This document shows, one piece after another, positions 29,081 through 38,695 of a DNA stretch of 64,000 nt. Both the position numbers and the translations under genes were made by a program. The stretch is from Candidatus Latescibacterota bacterium (GTDB lineage Bacteria; Latescibacterota; UBA2968; UBA8231). Numbering within the stretch: position 1 is the first letter of the stretch; each line of letters opens with the position of its first letter. The stretch is from contig OZ220090.1 of NCBI GenBank assembly GCA_964291625.2, positions 576,001 to 640,000 of the forward strand, read 5' to 3'. Below the pieces are notes generated by a model. It was not told the origin of the DNA and did not search any database. It saw nothing but the letters and a program-made list of their open reading frames with translations.

Positions 29081-29593
29081 TCAGGCAGGCACGCGCCGCA
29101 CCAGCCATGGGATCGAGGCCGCGGCGATGAGGGTTTCGGGCACCATGTAGCTGGCGTTGTAGAGGAGGGAGTACTTCCACACCGGCGTCCCCTCGGGGGC
29201 CAGGTGGGCGAAGTAGACGACCCCGGAGAGGACGTGGCTCCCCAGCCTTGCCAGGCTGGCGCCCGCCGCGGCCGCGGCGATGGTCCAGGGCCCGCTTCCG
29301 GCGGAGGCGGCCAAGCCGGCGAGGCCCAGAGTGGCGAAAGCCGCGGGGTAGTCCAGAACCAGCTGCACCGGGTGCACGAAATAGGGCGCCATGACGAAGT
29401 TGACGACCCCGTACGCGGCCCCGGCCAGCATCCCGGCGCGGGGCCCCCGCCGCAACGAGAGAAACAGGATGGGCAGGGTGTGCAGGCTCACCGAGCCGCC
29501 GTATGCCAGGTGGGGCAGCTTGACGCGAATCAGGCTGAGGACGGCCGCCAGGGCGATGGCGACGGCGGTCTCCGCGGCGGTGCCAGTCCTCAC
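29081..29593 (-). CDS. thiT: Energy-coupling-factor thiamine transporter S component (ThiT/YuaJ family)
   Basis: GGSVSL, RRGPRAG, HPVQLVLDYP, HVLSGVVYF, YSLLYNASY; GTG start with AAAGGAG RBS. Confidence 0.88.
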   Translation of the reverse strand: MRTGTAAETAVAIALAAVLSLIRVKLPHLAYGGSVSLHTLPILFLSLRRGPRAGMLAGAAYGVVNFVMAPYFVHPVQLVLDYPAAFATLGLAGLAASAGSGPWTIAAAAAGASLARLGSHVLSGVVYFAHLAPEGTPVWKYSLLYNASYMVPETLIAAASIPWLVRRVPA

Positions 29594-29614
29594 GAAGCTC
29601 CTTTCCGTACAGGG

Positions 29615-29735
29615 GAAAACGAGGCGGAACCCGCCGGCCCGAGAGGCGTCCAACCAGTGCGGGCCATCCCGGTCTTGGCTCGCACCTCCCTGGCGGCCGG
29701 GGGCGTTCCCGCCCTCGGCCGCACCTCGTTCTACC
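29615..29735 (-). other. Highly structured thiT leader (unclassified candidate RNA element)
   Basis: Nested inverted repeats (AACGAGG/CCTCGTT; GCGGCCG..GGGCG-GGAA-CGCCC..CGGCCGC; GGGAGGTG/CGCCTCTC); lacks TPP riboswitch consensus. Confidence 0.4.
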
Positions 29736-29761
29736 GCCGGGGGGGTCGGCTCACTCCGGCC

Positions 29762-30817
29762 TCAGTTCAACCGCTGCAGGAGCATGTACCCCTGCCGGAT
29801 GCGGACCGGGCCGCTGACCCCCCCCACCTGCAGGTTCAGCACATTGCTCTCGACCTCGGGGAGCATCTCCCCGGGCCCGAAGAACCCGAGATCGCCGCCG
29901 TCCCTGGCGTTGGGCGCCTGGGAGAACCTGGCCGCCAGCTCCCCGAAGTCGCCGCCGGCCTCCAGCCTCTCGAGGATGTCGAGGGCCTGCGACTCCGTCG
30001 GAACGAGGATGAAGCGGGCCCGCATCTTGCCGTCCACGATCGCCCGGATGCCATCCATGTTGACGTTGACGGCATGCAGGAGTCCCGGATCCCGGGCGAT
30101 CGCCTTGGTCCGGTCGTACCACTCGAGGGCCTCGGCATAGCGCTTCTCGGCGGCCAGCAGGTAGGCGATGTTGTTGTGCGACTCCACGTCGTCGGGGAGA
30201 AACTCGAGGACCGTGTGGTAACGCAGCAGGGCGCTGTCCGGCTTCCCCGTGCGCGTGTAGTGCAAGGCCAGCAGGCGGTGGGCGTGGCCGTTGCGGTCAT
30301 CGAGGGCGAGGGCGGTGTCGAGCTCGGCGCGAGAGGCGGCCAGGTCTCCGGCCTGCAGGTGCAGGAAGGCGAGCTGGGTGCGCACACCGGAGTTCCCCGG
30401 GGCCAGCTCCATGGCCCGGTGCACGTAGTGCAGGGCGGAGTCGAGTCGGCCCACGGCGAGGAAGGCGTCGTTGAGCATGGAGTAGACGGGAAGCTGGGCC
30501 GGGCGCTCGCCCAGCGACCGCTGCAGGAGCTGGACCGCGCGGCTGCCGTTTCCCTGCATGAGGTAGAGCTCGGCGATGCGGTTCAGCACCTGGGCGCTGC
30601 CGGCTCCCTCGCTGAGGGCCTGCTCGTAGCGCAGCAGGGACTGGTCGAGCTGGCCGCGGCGGGCGAGGCCTTCGGCCTCCCGCACCAGGCTCACCAGCCT
30701 GGGCTCCGGGTCCGTCGGATCCTGCGCCGACGTGCCCGCCGCCGCCAGGGCGAGCCCGGCGAGGAGGAGGAGGAAGGGCGGCCTTCGGGCCGCTGAAGCG
30801 CGGTGCACCCGGCTCAC
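29762..30817 (-). CDS. Exported TPR protein with C-terminal parvulin-type peptidyl-prolyl isomerase domain
   Basis: Signal peptide, several TPRs, then RARFILV..DFGELAARFS..GGDLGFF.PGEM.PE. Confidence 0.85.
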   Translation of the reverse strand: MSRVHRASAARRPPFLLLLAGLALAAAGTSAQDPTDPEPRLVSLVREAEGLARRGQLDQSLLRYEQALSEGAGSAQVLNRIAELYLMQGNGSRAVQLLQRSLGERPAQLPVYSMLNDAFLAVGRLDSALHYVHRAMELAPGNSGVRTQLAFLHLQAGDLAASRAELDTALALDDRNGHAHRLLALHYTRTGKPDSALLRYHTVLEFLPDDVESHNNIAYLLAAEKRYAEALEWYDRTKAIARDPGLLHAVNVNMDGIRAIVDGKMRARFILVPTESQALDILERLEAGGDFGELAARFSQAPNARDGGDLGFFGPGEMLPEVESNVLNLQVGGVSGPVRIRQGYMLLQRLN

Positions 30818-30821
30818 AATC

Positions 30822-31589
30822 TCACCGCTCCTCGGACCGCAGCCGCTGCACGACTTCCCGGGTGATCCGCTCCACGAGGTCGTCCACCGGGCTCCCCTCC
30901 GGGAGGTCGCACCCGGGCCGGCCGCTGATCCCGAATCTCTTGCGCAACTCGATCAACTCCCCGACCTGATCGCGGTCGAGGGTGTTGGTGGCCCCGAGCT
31001 GCCGGGAGACGAGGACGATCCGCGCGAAATGCTCCACCGTCTCCATCTTGAAGTGGGCCTCCTGCACCGACTTCCCGAGGGTTACGGCGCCGTGGTTGGC
31101 CATCAGCACCGCATCGTACTTCTCGAGCAGGGGGCGCATCGGCTCGAAGATGTCGGGCCCCCCCGGCGTGCCGTAGGGTGCGAGAGGAACCCCGCCGAGG
31201 AGCACGACCACCTCCGGCAGGACGCACTCGGTCAGGTCGAGGCCGGCCACGGCAAAGCCCGTGGCGGTGGCCGGATGGGCGTGGACGACGGCGGCCACGT
31301 CGGCGCGCAGCCGGTACGCCTCCAGGTGCATGCGGATCTCCGAGGAGATTCTCATCGGCCCCGAGACCTGGGTCCCGTCCATGTCGCAGATGGCCAGCAT
31401 CTCCTCGGTGAGAAACCCCTTGCTGACACCGGTGGGCGTGCACAGCACCCGGTCGTCGCCGATCCGGGCCGAGAGGTTGCCGTCGTTGGCGGCGACGAAT
31501 CCGAGTTGGTAGATGCGGCGCCCCATCTCGCAGATCTCGCGGCGGGCGGCGAAGGCGGAGGAAGCGGTGGCCACGGGATCAGCGGGCAT
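30822..31589 (-). CDS. Class II aldolase/adducin family protein with C-terminal microcompartment encapsulation-like peptide
   Basis: DGNLSAR, TPTGVSKG, SSEIRMH, VVHAHP, ANHG; tail VDDLVERITREVVQRL. Confidence 0.9.
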   Translation of the reverse strand: MPADPVATASSAFAARREICEMGRRIYQLGFVAANDGNLSARIGDDRVLCTPTGVSKGFLTEEMLAICDMDGTQVSGPMRISSEIRMHLEAYRLRADVAAVVHAHPATATGFAVAGLDLTECVLPEVVVLLGGVPLAPYGTPGGPDIFEPMRPLLEKYDAVLMANHGAVTLGKSVQEAHFKMETVEHFARIVLVSRQLGATNTLDRDQVGELIELRKRFGISGRPGCDLPEGSPVDDLVERITREVVQRLRSEER

Positions 31590-32478
31590 GGGCCGGGCCG
31601 AGGACCGAGACCGTCGACCAGCGCCCTTGACCGAGGACGATCAAGCCGGCCAGACCCGGCGCCACGAGGTTGACGGCGCAGAGCAGGAGCGCGGCCTGCA
31701 GGGCCACCGCCGGGGCGACTCCGGCCAACCCGAGGACGGAGACGGCGGCGAACTCGCGCACCCCCAGATCGAGAAAGCTGATCGGCAGCAGAGTCTTGAG
31801 GGCGAAGACGGCGGGCACGCTCCAGAAGACGGAGGGGGGCAGGGGGCCGGCAGCCAGCAGCAGGAGGTGGAACTGCCCGAAGAAGACCAGGTTGAAGATG
31901 GCGGAACCGCAGATATTGGCAGCCCAGCCGAGAGGGGGAACCGCGCCCAGCACCTCGAGCCACTGGAGGCGATGCCGACAGCGGCGAAGGAGGTACCATC
32001 CAGCCCCCCCGATCGCCAGGGCCGCCGCCGCGCCGACGAGGATCCAGCCTCCCCCGATCCCGGGGATGAGAAATGCCGACAGGGCGCCCGCCAGCAGCGT
32101 CACTCCGGCGGATGTCATCCGGTCCGCCAAGGCCAGTTGGGTGGCGGCCATCCGCCGGCCCGGCAGGACCAGGCCGCGGCCGAGCTCTCCCAGCCGCCCG
32201 GGGGTGATGAGACCCAGGCCGAAGCCGGCCAGCAGGGAGCGTAGCGCGTCGGCGCCGGAGACCTCGGGAGCCGCCGCGCGCAGCAGGACCCTCCACTTCC
32301 ACCACTGCAGGACAAGACCGACCGGAAGGAGTGCCACCGCGGCCCCGGCGAAACGCAGGTCCAGCCCGGCCATCGTGCGCAGCAAGGCCTGCGGCGACGT
32401 GGTCAGGCCGACGACCACGGCCAGCAGGACGAGGCCGACGGCGACTCTCGCGAAGGACGGGGGCAGCCGCCCCATCAC
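31579..32478 (-). CDS. Lysylphosphatidylglycerol synthase TM / UPF0104 flippase-like membrane protein
   Basis: [29 protein letters not shown], multiple TM helices. Confidence 0.82.
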   Translation of the reverse strand: MMGRLPPSFARVAVGLVLLAVVVGLTTSPQALLRTMAGLDLRFAGAAVALLPVGLVLQWWKWRVLLRAAAPEVSGADALRSLLAGFGLGLITPGRLGELGRGLVLPGRRMAATQLALADRMTSAGVTLLAGALSAFLIPGIGGGWILVGAAAALAIGGAGWYLLRRCRHRLQWLEVLGAVPPLGWAANICGSAIFNLVFFGQFHLLLLAAGPLPPSVFWSVPAVFALKTLLPISFLDLGVREFAAVSVLGLAGVAPAVALQAALLLCAVNLVAPGLAGLIVLGQGRWSTVSVLGPAHAR

Positions 32479-32768
32479 GAGCCGGGTCCGGGCCCGGCCG
32501 CGGAACTCAGCAGCGGCTCGAGGGATGGGTGCGGCCGGGGTATCACGTGGACGGCGACGACCTCCCCCACGGCCCTCGCCGCCCGCTCGCCGACCTCGGT
32601 GGCCGCGCGCACGGCGGCCACGTCCCCGCGGACCAGGACGGTGATCAGCCCTCCGCCGACGGGGTGCCAGCCGAGCAGCTCCACGTCAGCTGCCTTGACC
32701 ATGGCGTCGCTGGCCTCGACGAGGGCCACCAGGCCGCGGGTCTCGATCAGCCCGAGAGCATCGCCCAT
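32475..32768 (-). CDS. Bacterial microcompartment hexameric shell protein (BMC-H, PduA/EutM-like)
   Basis: [37 protein letters not shown]. Confidence 0.95.
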   Translation of the reverse strand: MGDALGLIETRGLVALVEASDAMVKAADVELLGWHPVGGGLITVLVRGDVAAVRAATEVGERAARAVGEVVAVHVIPRPHPSLEPLLSSAAGPGPGS

Positions 32769-32888
32769 GTTGGATAACATTCTCGGAGAAAAGGACTTGC
32801 ACGGATCTACGGGGCAACCGGGCAATAATCGCGCCGGCCCCGGCATCGGTCAAGGCGGCGGGCGGCCCGATGGCCCCGGGACGCCCGG

Positions 32889-33977
32889 TCAGCGGAACAG
32901 GAAGGTGATCACCTCGCCGTCCGCGACCACGTGATCCCGGCCCTCGGAACGCAGCCGGCCCGTGTCCCGCAGGCGCGCCGCGTCCCCGGCCACGGAGAGC
33001 ACGTCGGCGACGGTGGTCACCTCGGCGCGGATGAAACCGGCCTCCATGTCGGAGTGGATGCGGCCGGCGGCGGCGGCCGCCTTCGTGCCCGACGGCACCT
33101 GCCAGGCCTGCAGTTTGTCGTTGGCCAGGGTGTAGAAGGTGATCAGCCCGAGCAAGTCGCGCGCTTCTCTCAGGAGGCGGTCGACACCGCTCTCCCGCAG
33201 GCCCAGGGTGGCGATGAACTCCTGCCTCTCTTCCTCCCCCAGCTGGGCGAGCTCGGCCTCGATGCCGGCGGAGATCCCCAGGACCCACCGCGGTCCGTAG
33301 CGGTCGCGGAGGGCCCCGGCGGAGAGTGCCTCCACCCCATCCTCCTCCGAGACGTTGGCCACCACGAGCACCGGCTTGCCGGTGAGGAAGTCATATCCTC
33401 GCAGGGCCGCGAGGTCCTCCGGGGTGAGATTCCCCTGTCGCAGGGGAACCCCTTCCGACAGGATCCCATGGGCCGCCCTCAGGGCGCCCAGCTCCCTCTG
33501 GCGGCCGGACTTCGGATCGGACCGCACCACCTTGTCGAGCTGGGGCAGATTGCGCTCGGCCACCTCCAGGTCGGCAAGGATCAGCTCGGTGTCCACCGTG
33601 TCGGCGTCCCTCAGCGGGTCGAGGTCCCCCTCCACATGGGAGACCGTCTCCGCCTCGAAGCAGCGCACCACGTGAAGCAGGGCGTCGGTCTGGCGCACGT
33701 CGGCGAGGAACTGGTTCCCCCTCCCCTCTCCGCGGCTGGCGCCGCGCACGAGACCAGCGATATCGGTGATCCGGATGGACGCGGGGGAACAGCTGGCCGG
33801 CTGCAGCGCCCCTTCGAGCCGGCGCAGGCGCCCATCGGGAACGTCGACGACGGCCACGTTCGGCTCGATGGTGCAGAAGGGATAGCTGGAGGCCGCCGCC
33901 GAGCCCCGGCTCAGGGCGTTGAACAGGGTCGACTTGCCGACGTTGGGCAGACCGACGATCCCCACGGAGAGGCTCAT
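32889..33977 (-). CDS. ychF: Redox-regulated ATPase YchF
   Basis: GIVGLPNVGKSTLFNAL, YPFCTIEPN, DIAGLV, IHSD..GFIRAEV. Confidence 0.95.
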   Translation of the reverse strand: MSLSVGIVGLPNVGKSTLFNALSRGSAAASSYPFCTIEPNVAVVDVPDGRLRRLEGALQPASCSPASIRITDIAGLVRGASRGEGRGNQFLADVRQTDALLHVVRCFEAETVSHVEGDLDPLRDADTVDTELILADLEVAERNLPQLDKVVRSDPKSGRQRELGALRAAHGILSEGVPLRQGNLTPEDLAALRGYDFLTGKPVLVVANVSEEDGVEALSAGALRDRYGPRWVLGISAGIEAELAQLGEEERQEFIATLGLRESGVDRLLREARDLLGLITFYTLANDKLQAWQVPSGTKAAAAAGRIHSDMEAGFIRAEVTTVADVLSVAGDAARLRDTGRLRSEGRDHVVADGEVITFLFR

Positions 33978-35668
33978 CCTCTCTCCTCCGCCGGCAGCAG
34001 ACCCGGGCGGACCATCAAGGTCTTCTCCCGCCTCACCGAGGCCAGACCCGGCGGGCCACCCCTGGGCCTGGAGACGTACCTGGCGAGGGTGTAGATGACG
34101 GGCACCTTGCCGGCCGTGCGGCCCTTGCTCCACCAGGCGGCCACCGCCGCCGCCTCCTCGAGGGTTCTTCGCGACGGTTCGTCCTTGCGTCCCTCGCGGC
34201 GCAGGATCACATGGGAACCGGAGTAGCCCCGGGCGTGGAACCAGAAGTCGTTCTGGGAAGCGAGGCGGTGGGAGAGCCGGTCGTTTTCCTGGTTGTTCCG
34301 TCCGGCCCACACCGACCAGCCCGAAGAGGTGATGTAGCGGCGCGGGCGAGCAGGCGGGTCCTGCCCTCCGGCCGAAGACGCGCTCGCGCTCCTCCTGTCC
34401 AGGCCCAGACTGCGCTCCCAGCGCTCCATCTCCTTCTCCGTCACCTGTTCGTCCCCGTTCTCCCCCAGCCGCTTCAGGAGGAGGCGGGTCTCCTCCAACT
34501 GCTCCTCCACCCGCCGCAGGCGCGGGGGCAGCACCTCCAGCCTGCGGCGCAGGCGCCGCGCCCGCTTGAGCATGCGGCCGGCCTGGCTCGCCGCCGACCG
34601 CCCCGGCTCCAGCTCGACGACGATGGGCGCCGCCGCCGGGTCGTGCACGTCGGTCACCTCGAGGCGTCCCGGCCCCCTGGCGCCCGGGTCGCCGGCGGCC
34701 GCCAGGGAATGGGCGGACCGCTCGAGGAGGTCCACCTGGCGGGCCTCCTCGAGGTCGGAGTTCAGCGCCGCCCTGCGGCGCTCGAGCCGGCCCGCAGCCC
34801 GGCTCAGCCGGGAGCGCCGGCCGGCGGCGGCGGCAGGAGCGGCCCCGGCGAGGGGAGCTCGCAGGGCTTCGCTCACGGAGTCGAAGCGCTCCACCTCCAC
34901 ACCAGCCACGGGCTCCAGAACGGAGACCCGCACCCATCCCCCGCCCGCAGCCCACCGGAACACCGGACGGCGGCAGCCGCCGTGCAGCTGCCGGCCCGCC
35001 TGGTGCAGGGCCGCGGCCACGGCCGGTCCGCAATCGCTCACCGGCCGGGACGGCTCCGTTCCGGCCTCGGCGCACCATCGCGCGATGACGTGGCGGTCCA
35101 GGCCGGCCAGCGACCGGCGCAGGACCTCCTCCAGAGTACCCTGCCCCGCGAGCACCGCCTCCCAGTCCGCCCTTGCCATGGAGGCGGGATCGAGGCGGCC
35201 GTAGAGGCCGGGAGGTCGATGGGGATCGCCCCTGCGCGGCGCCCGCCGGTCACTCCCGGCGGACCAGGCCCCGAGGACCCGGCCGTGGCGCTCCCCCACG
35301 AGGCAGAGCCGGTACCGGGGCGGGACCAGCACGATGTGGAGGACGCCGTACGTCGGGTCCCCGGCAGCGTCCTTGCGCTGCAGTCGAACCTGCAGGACGC
35401 GGTCGCCCTCGGCGCAGGAAACCCCCTCCACACGCGCCCGGAGGAGGTAGCGCAGGGAGCGGTCTCCACGCTCCGGGCGCTCCGGCGACGGTCCCAGAGC
35501 GATGCCGCCCGGGGGGCCGAAACGGACCTGCAGGGAGTGCTCCGAGGCCCCCTGCGCCTCGAGGGACATCCCCTCGGCGTCGGCGTCGGCCAGCCGCAGT
35601 CGGCGGCCGTTCCAGGCCGCGCGCAGTTCCTCGGACAGCAACTGCAGCGTGATCCGGTCGAGGAGCAT
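33974..35668 (-). CDS. NFACT-family (RqcH/FbpA-like) protein
   Basis: N-terminal MLLD, GDRVL; coiled coil; NFACT-R domain GRNNQEND.L..DFWFHA...GSHVIL. Confidence 0.85.
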   Translation of the reverse strand: MLLDRITLQLLSEELRAAWNGRRLRLADADAEGMSLEAQGASEHSLQVRFGPPGGIALGPSPERPERGDRSLRYLLRARVEGVSCAEGDRVLQVRLQRKDAAGDPTYGVLHIVLVPPRYRLCLVGERHGRVLGAWSAGSDRRAPRRGDPHRPPGLYGRLDPASMARADWEAVLAGQGTLEEVLRRSLAGLDRHVIARWCAEAGTEPSRPVSDCGPAVAAALHQAGRQLHGGCRRPVFRWAAGGGWVRVSVLEPVAGVEVERFDSVSEALRAPLAGAAPAAAAGRRSRLSRAAGRLERRRAALNSDLEEARQVDLLERSAHSLAAAGDPGARGPGRLEVTDVHDPAAAPIVVELEPGRSAASQAGRMLKRARRLRRRLEVLPPRLRRVEEQLEETRLLLKRLGENGDEQVTEKEMERWERSLGLDRRSASASSAGGQDPPARPRRYITSSGWSVWAGRNNQENDRLSHRLASQNDFWFHARGYSGSHVILRREGRKDEPSRRTLEEAAAVAAWWSKGRTAGKVPVIYTLARYVSRPRGGPPGLASVRREKTLMVRPGLLPAEERG

Positions 35669-35711
35669 GGTTCAGTCGATCCTGAGGCGCGGCCGGAGCC
35701 GGGCCGCCGCT

Positions 35712-38486
35712 TCAGTTGGCGAGCATCTCCAGGCTCGAGGACAGTCTGGCGAGGCTGGCGCGGCACTCCTCCTGGCGCAGGCGCTCCTTCTCGACCACCG
35801 CCGCCGGCGCCTTGGCCAGGAAGGCCTCGTTGCCGAGCTTCCGCTCCAGGCCGTGCACGAGGCCCTGCAGCTTGTCGATCTCCTTGCGCAGCCGGCGCGT
35901 CTCGGCATCGACGTCGATCAGCCCCTCGAGGGGGATGAAGAGCTCCACCTCCCCCACCACGGCGCTGCCGGAAGAGGGGGGCTGCGGCAGGCCGGCACCC
36001 ACCTCGACCGACTCCGCCCCCACCAGGACCTGCAGGTAGGCCCGGCGGCGATCGAGGATGGCGGCGGTCTCCGGGCCGGCGGTGGAGATCACGAGGGCCA
36101 CCTTGCGCCCCCTGGGCACGTTGAGCTCGCTACGGATCGTGCGCGCCGCCGAGATCACCTCCTGCAGAAAGGCCATCTCCCGCTCGGCGTCGTCGTCCAG
36201 GTCCCTCTCCTCGGCCACCGGCCAGGAGGCGATCATCAGGCTCTCGGCCTTGTCGTCCACCGGCAGTTGCTGCCACAACTCCTCGGTGACGAAGGGCATG
36301 ATCGGGTGCATCAGGCGCAGAGCCTGCTCGAGGACGGAGACCAGCACGCCCCGCACCTGGTCCCCTTCGGCCGGCGACCCGGCCAGGAGACGGGGCTTGG
36401 CCAGCTCGATGTACCAGTCGCAGTAGTCGCGCCAGAGGAAGTCGTGGAGCGCCCGGGTGGCCTCGCCGAAGCGGCACCCCTCCTGGGCCTCATCGACGAG
36501 TTGGACCGTGCGCGCCAGCCGGCTGCGGATCCAGCGGTCGGCGAGATCCTCGGGGGGCGCGGCGGAGGACGGCGCCGCCTGGCCGTCGAGGTTCATCAGC
36601 ACGTAGCGCGCGGAGTTCCACAGCTTGTTGCAGAACCGCCGCCCCGACTCGGCGCTGAGGCTCTCCTTGACCTCGTTGTCGGCCACATCGGCGTCGAAGC
36701 GCATGTCCTGGGTGGAGCCGCACTGGGCGAGCAGGCTCCAGCGGGTGGCGTCGGCGCCGTACAGGCGCACCAGGTCGAGGGGGTTCAGGCCGGTGCCGAG
36801 ACTCTTGCTCATGCGCCGACCGTCGCGGGTGAACACCGTGGGGTGCACGAGGACCGTGCGGAAGGGGATCTCGTCGACGAACTCCAGCGCCGTCATCACC
36901 ATCCGCAGGACCCACAAGTAGAGGATCTGGCGGTCCGTGATCATGAGATCGGTGGGGTGGAAGTACTCCAGGTCCTCGGTCGAATCGGGCCATCCCAGGG
37001 TGGCGAAGGGCCACAGGGCCGAGGAGAACCACGTGTCGAGCACGTCGGGATCCTGCACGATGCGGCGGCCTCCGCACTCCGGACAGGCCTCCGGCGCCTC
37101 GACGGCGACCAGCGGCCGGGCGCCGCCCTCCACCGAGACACGGAAGGCGCCGGCAGCCAGGGCCTCGTCCCGCCCGTACCCGCTCACCGGCTCCAGGCCG
37201 CCGCCCGAGCAGTCGGCGCAGTACCAGGCGGGGATCCGGTGGCCCCACCAGATCTGCCGCGACAAGGCCCAGTCGCGGATGTTGTCCAGCCACTCCAGGG
37301 CATAGCTCCGGTAGCGGTCGGGCACGTAGACGACCTGCGCCGCCGCCCGGCCGTCGAGGTGGGGGCGCACCTTGTCGGCCAGGGGCTTCATGTCCATGAA
37401 CCACTGCTCCATGGGCAGGGGCTCGATCACCGTCCCGCACTTGTCGTGGTGGGGCACAGCGTGCTCGTAGTCCTCCACCGTCACCAGCAGGCCCGCCGAC
37501 TCCAGCGCGGCCACCACGCTCTTGCGGCACTCGTACCGGTCCTGGCCGGCGTAGGGACCCGCCCGCGGGGTCATGACCGCGTCGAAGTCGATGACGAGGA
37601 TCTGCTCCAGTCCGTGGCGGGAGCCGATCTCGTAGTCGTTCGGGTCGTGGGCGGGCGTCACCTTCACCGCCCCCGAGCCCATCTCCGGGTCGGCGTAGTC
37701 GTCGGCCACGATGGGGATCGGCCGGTTCATGAGGGGCAGCATGACCTGCCCTCCGACCGCCGCCCTCCAGCGCTGGTCGCCGGGGTGGACGGCGACGCCC
37801 GTGTCCCCGAGCATGGTCTCGGGGCGGGTGGTGGCCACCACCACGTCGGGGCCGCCGTCGAGACCGGGATAGCGGATGTGCCAGAGCCGCCCCTGGGTCA
37901 GGATCTCCTCGGTCTCCAGGTCGGAGATGACGCTGCCGCACCTGGGGCACCAGTTGATCATCCGGGTGCCGCGGTAGATCCAGCCCTTCTCGTGGAACCT
38001 CTCGAAAGCGTTGAGGACGGCGGCGGCGTAACCATCGTCGAGGGTGAAGCGGCTGCGCTCCCAGTCGTAGCTGCAGCCCAGCTTGCGCATCTGGTCGTAG
38101 ATCGCTTCACCGTAGGTCTCGCGCCAGGCGCGGATGCGCTCCACCAGGCCATCCCTCCCGAGGTCGTGGCGGCTTCGGCCCTCCTCCTGGTGCAGCTGCT
38201 CCTCCACCTTCATCTGCGTGGCGATCCCGGCGTGGTCGGTGCCCGGCAGCACCAGCGCCTCGTACCCCTGCATGCGCTTGCGGCGGATGACGTTGTCGTG
38301 GATCGCGTGCTGCACGGCGTGGCCCATGTGCAGCTCGCCGGTGACGTTCGGGGGCGGGATGGTGATGCACCAGGGGGTGCGGTCCGGGTTCGGACGGGCG
38401 CGGAAGTAGCCCGCCGACTCCCAGCGCCCGTACCAACTCCGCTCGCAGCGCTCGGGGTCGTATCGCTTGGGCAGCTCGACGGTCAT
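35712..38486 (-). CDS. valS: Valine--tRNA ligase
   Basis: PPPNVTGELHMGH, TTRPET, SRQIWWGHRIP, DVLDTWFSS, RMSKS, C-terminal coiled coil; ATG 38486. Confidence 0.97.
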   Translation of the reverse strand: MTVELPKRYDPERCERSWYGRWESAGYFRARPNPDRTPWCITIPPPNVTGELHMGHAVQHAIHDNVIRRKRMQGYEALVLPGTDHAGIATQMKVEEQLHQEEGRSRHDLGRDGLVERIRAWRETYGEAIYDQMRKLGCSYDWERSRFTLDDGYAAAVLNAFERFHEKGWIYRGTRMINWCPRCGSVISDLETEEILTQGRLWHIRYPGLDGGPDVVVATTRPETMLGDTGVAVHPGDQRWRAAVGGQVMLPLMNRPIPIVADDYADPEMGSGAVKVTPAHDPNDYEIGSRHGLEQILVIDFDAVMTPRAGPYAGQDRYECRKSVVAALESAGLLVTVEDYEHAVPHHDKCGTVIEPLPMEQWFMDMKPLADKVRPHLDGRAAAQVVYVPDRYRSYALEWLDNIRDWALSRQIWWGHRIPAWYCADCSGGGLEPVSGYGRDEALAAGAFRVSVEGGARPLVAVEAPEACPECGGRRIVQDPDVLDTWFSSALWPFATLGWPDSTEDLEYFHPTDLMITDRQILYLWVLRMVMTALEFVDEIPFRTVLVHPTVFTRDGRRMSKSLGTGLNPLDLVRLYGADATRWSLLAQCGSTQDMRFDADVADNEVKESLSAESGRRFCNKLWNSARYVLMNLDGQAAPSSAAPPEDLADRWIRSRLARTVQLVDEAQEGCRFGEATRALHDFLWRDYCDWYIELAKPRLLAGSPAEGDQVRGVLVSVLEQALRLMHPIMPFVTEELWQQLPVDDKAESLMIASWPVAEERDLDDDAEREMAFLQEVISAARTIRSELNVPRGRKVALVISTAGPETAAILDRRRAYLQVLVGAESVEVGAGLPQPPSSGSAVVGEVELFIPLEGLIDVDAETRRLRKEIDKLQGLVHGLERKLGNEAFLAKAPAAVVEKERLRQEECRASLARLSSSLEMLAN

Positions 38487-38609
38487 TCGATCTCGGAGGA
38501 TGACTTCGTTGAATGCTGTAACCGCGTGTCGGATAAGCAGTTCAATATAGGAGGGAAGGGTGCTTCGGACAATCCTCCGGAGCCCTGGCGAGGGCTTCCG
38601 GACCCGGCT

Positions 38610-38638
38610 TTGCGGACCCCGAAGGGGGCTTCTATACT
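38610..38638 (+). promoter_or_regulatory. Putative sigma70 promoter for murQ operon (divergent from valS)
   Basis: TTGCGG (38610-38615)-N17-TATACT (38633-38638). Confidence 0.6.
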
Positions 38639-38695
38639 TGCCCGGCCGATGCCGTGTCACCCGGCCCTTCCCAGCAGTGTCGAAGCCGCGAGCCG

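Noticed and set aside
29594-29761. TPP, SAM-I, lysine riboswitch or 6S RNA upstream of thiT
   Set aside because: Only fragments resemble these (GGGAUGGCCC, GAGGUGCG, GCGGGUUC); the core consensus elements are missing and the structured part is short for 6S.
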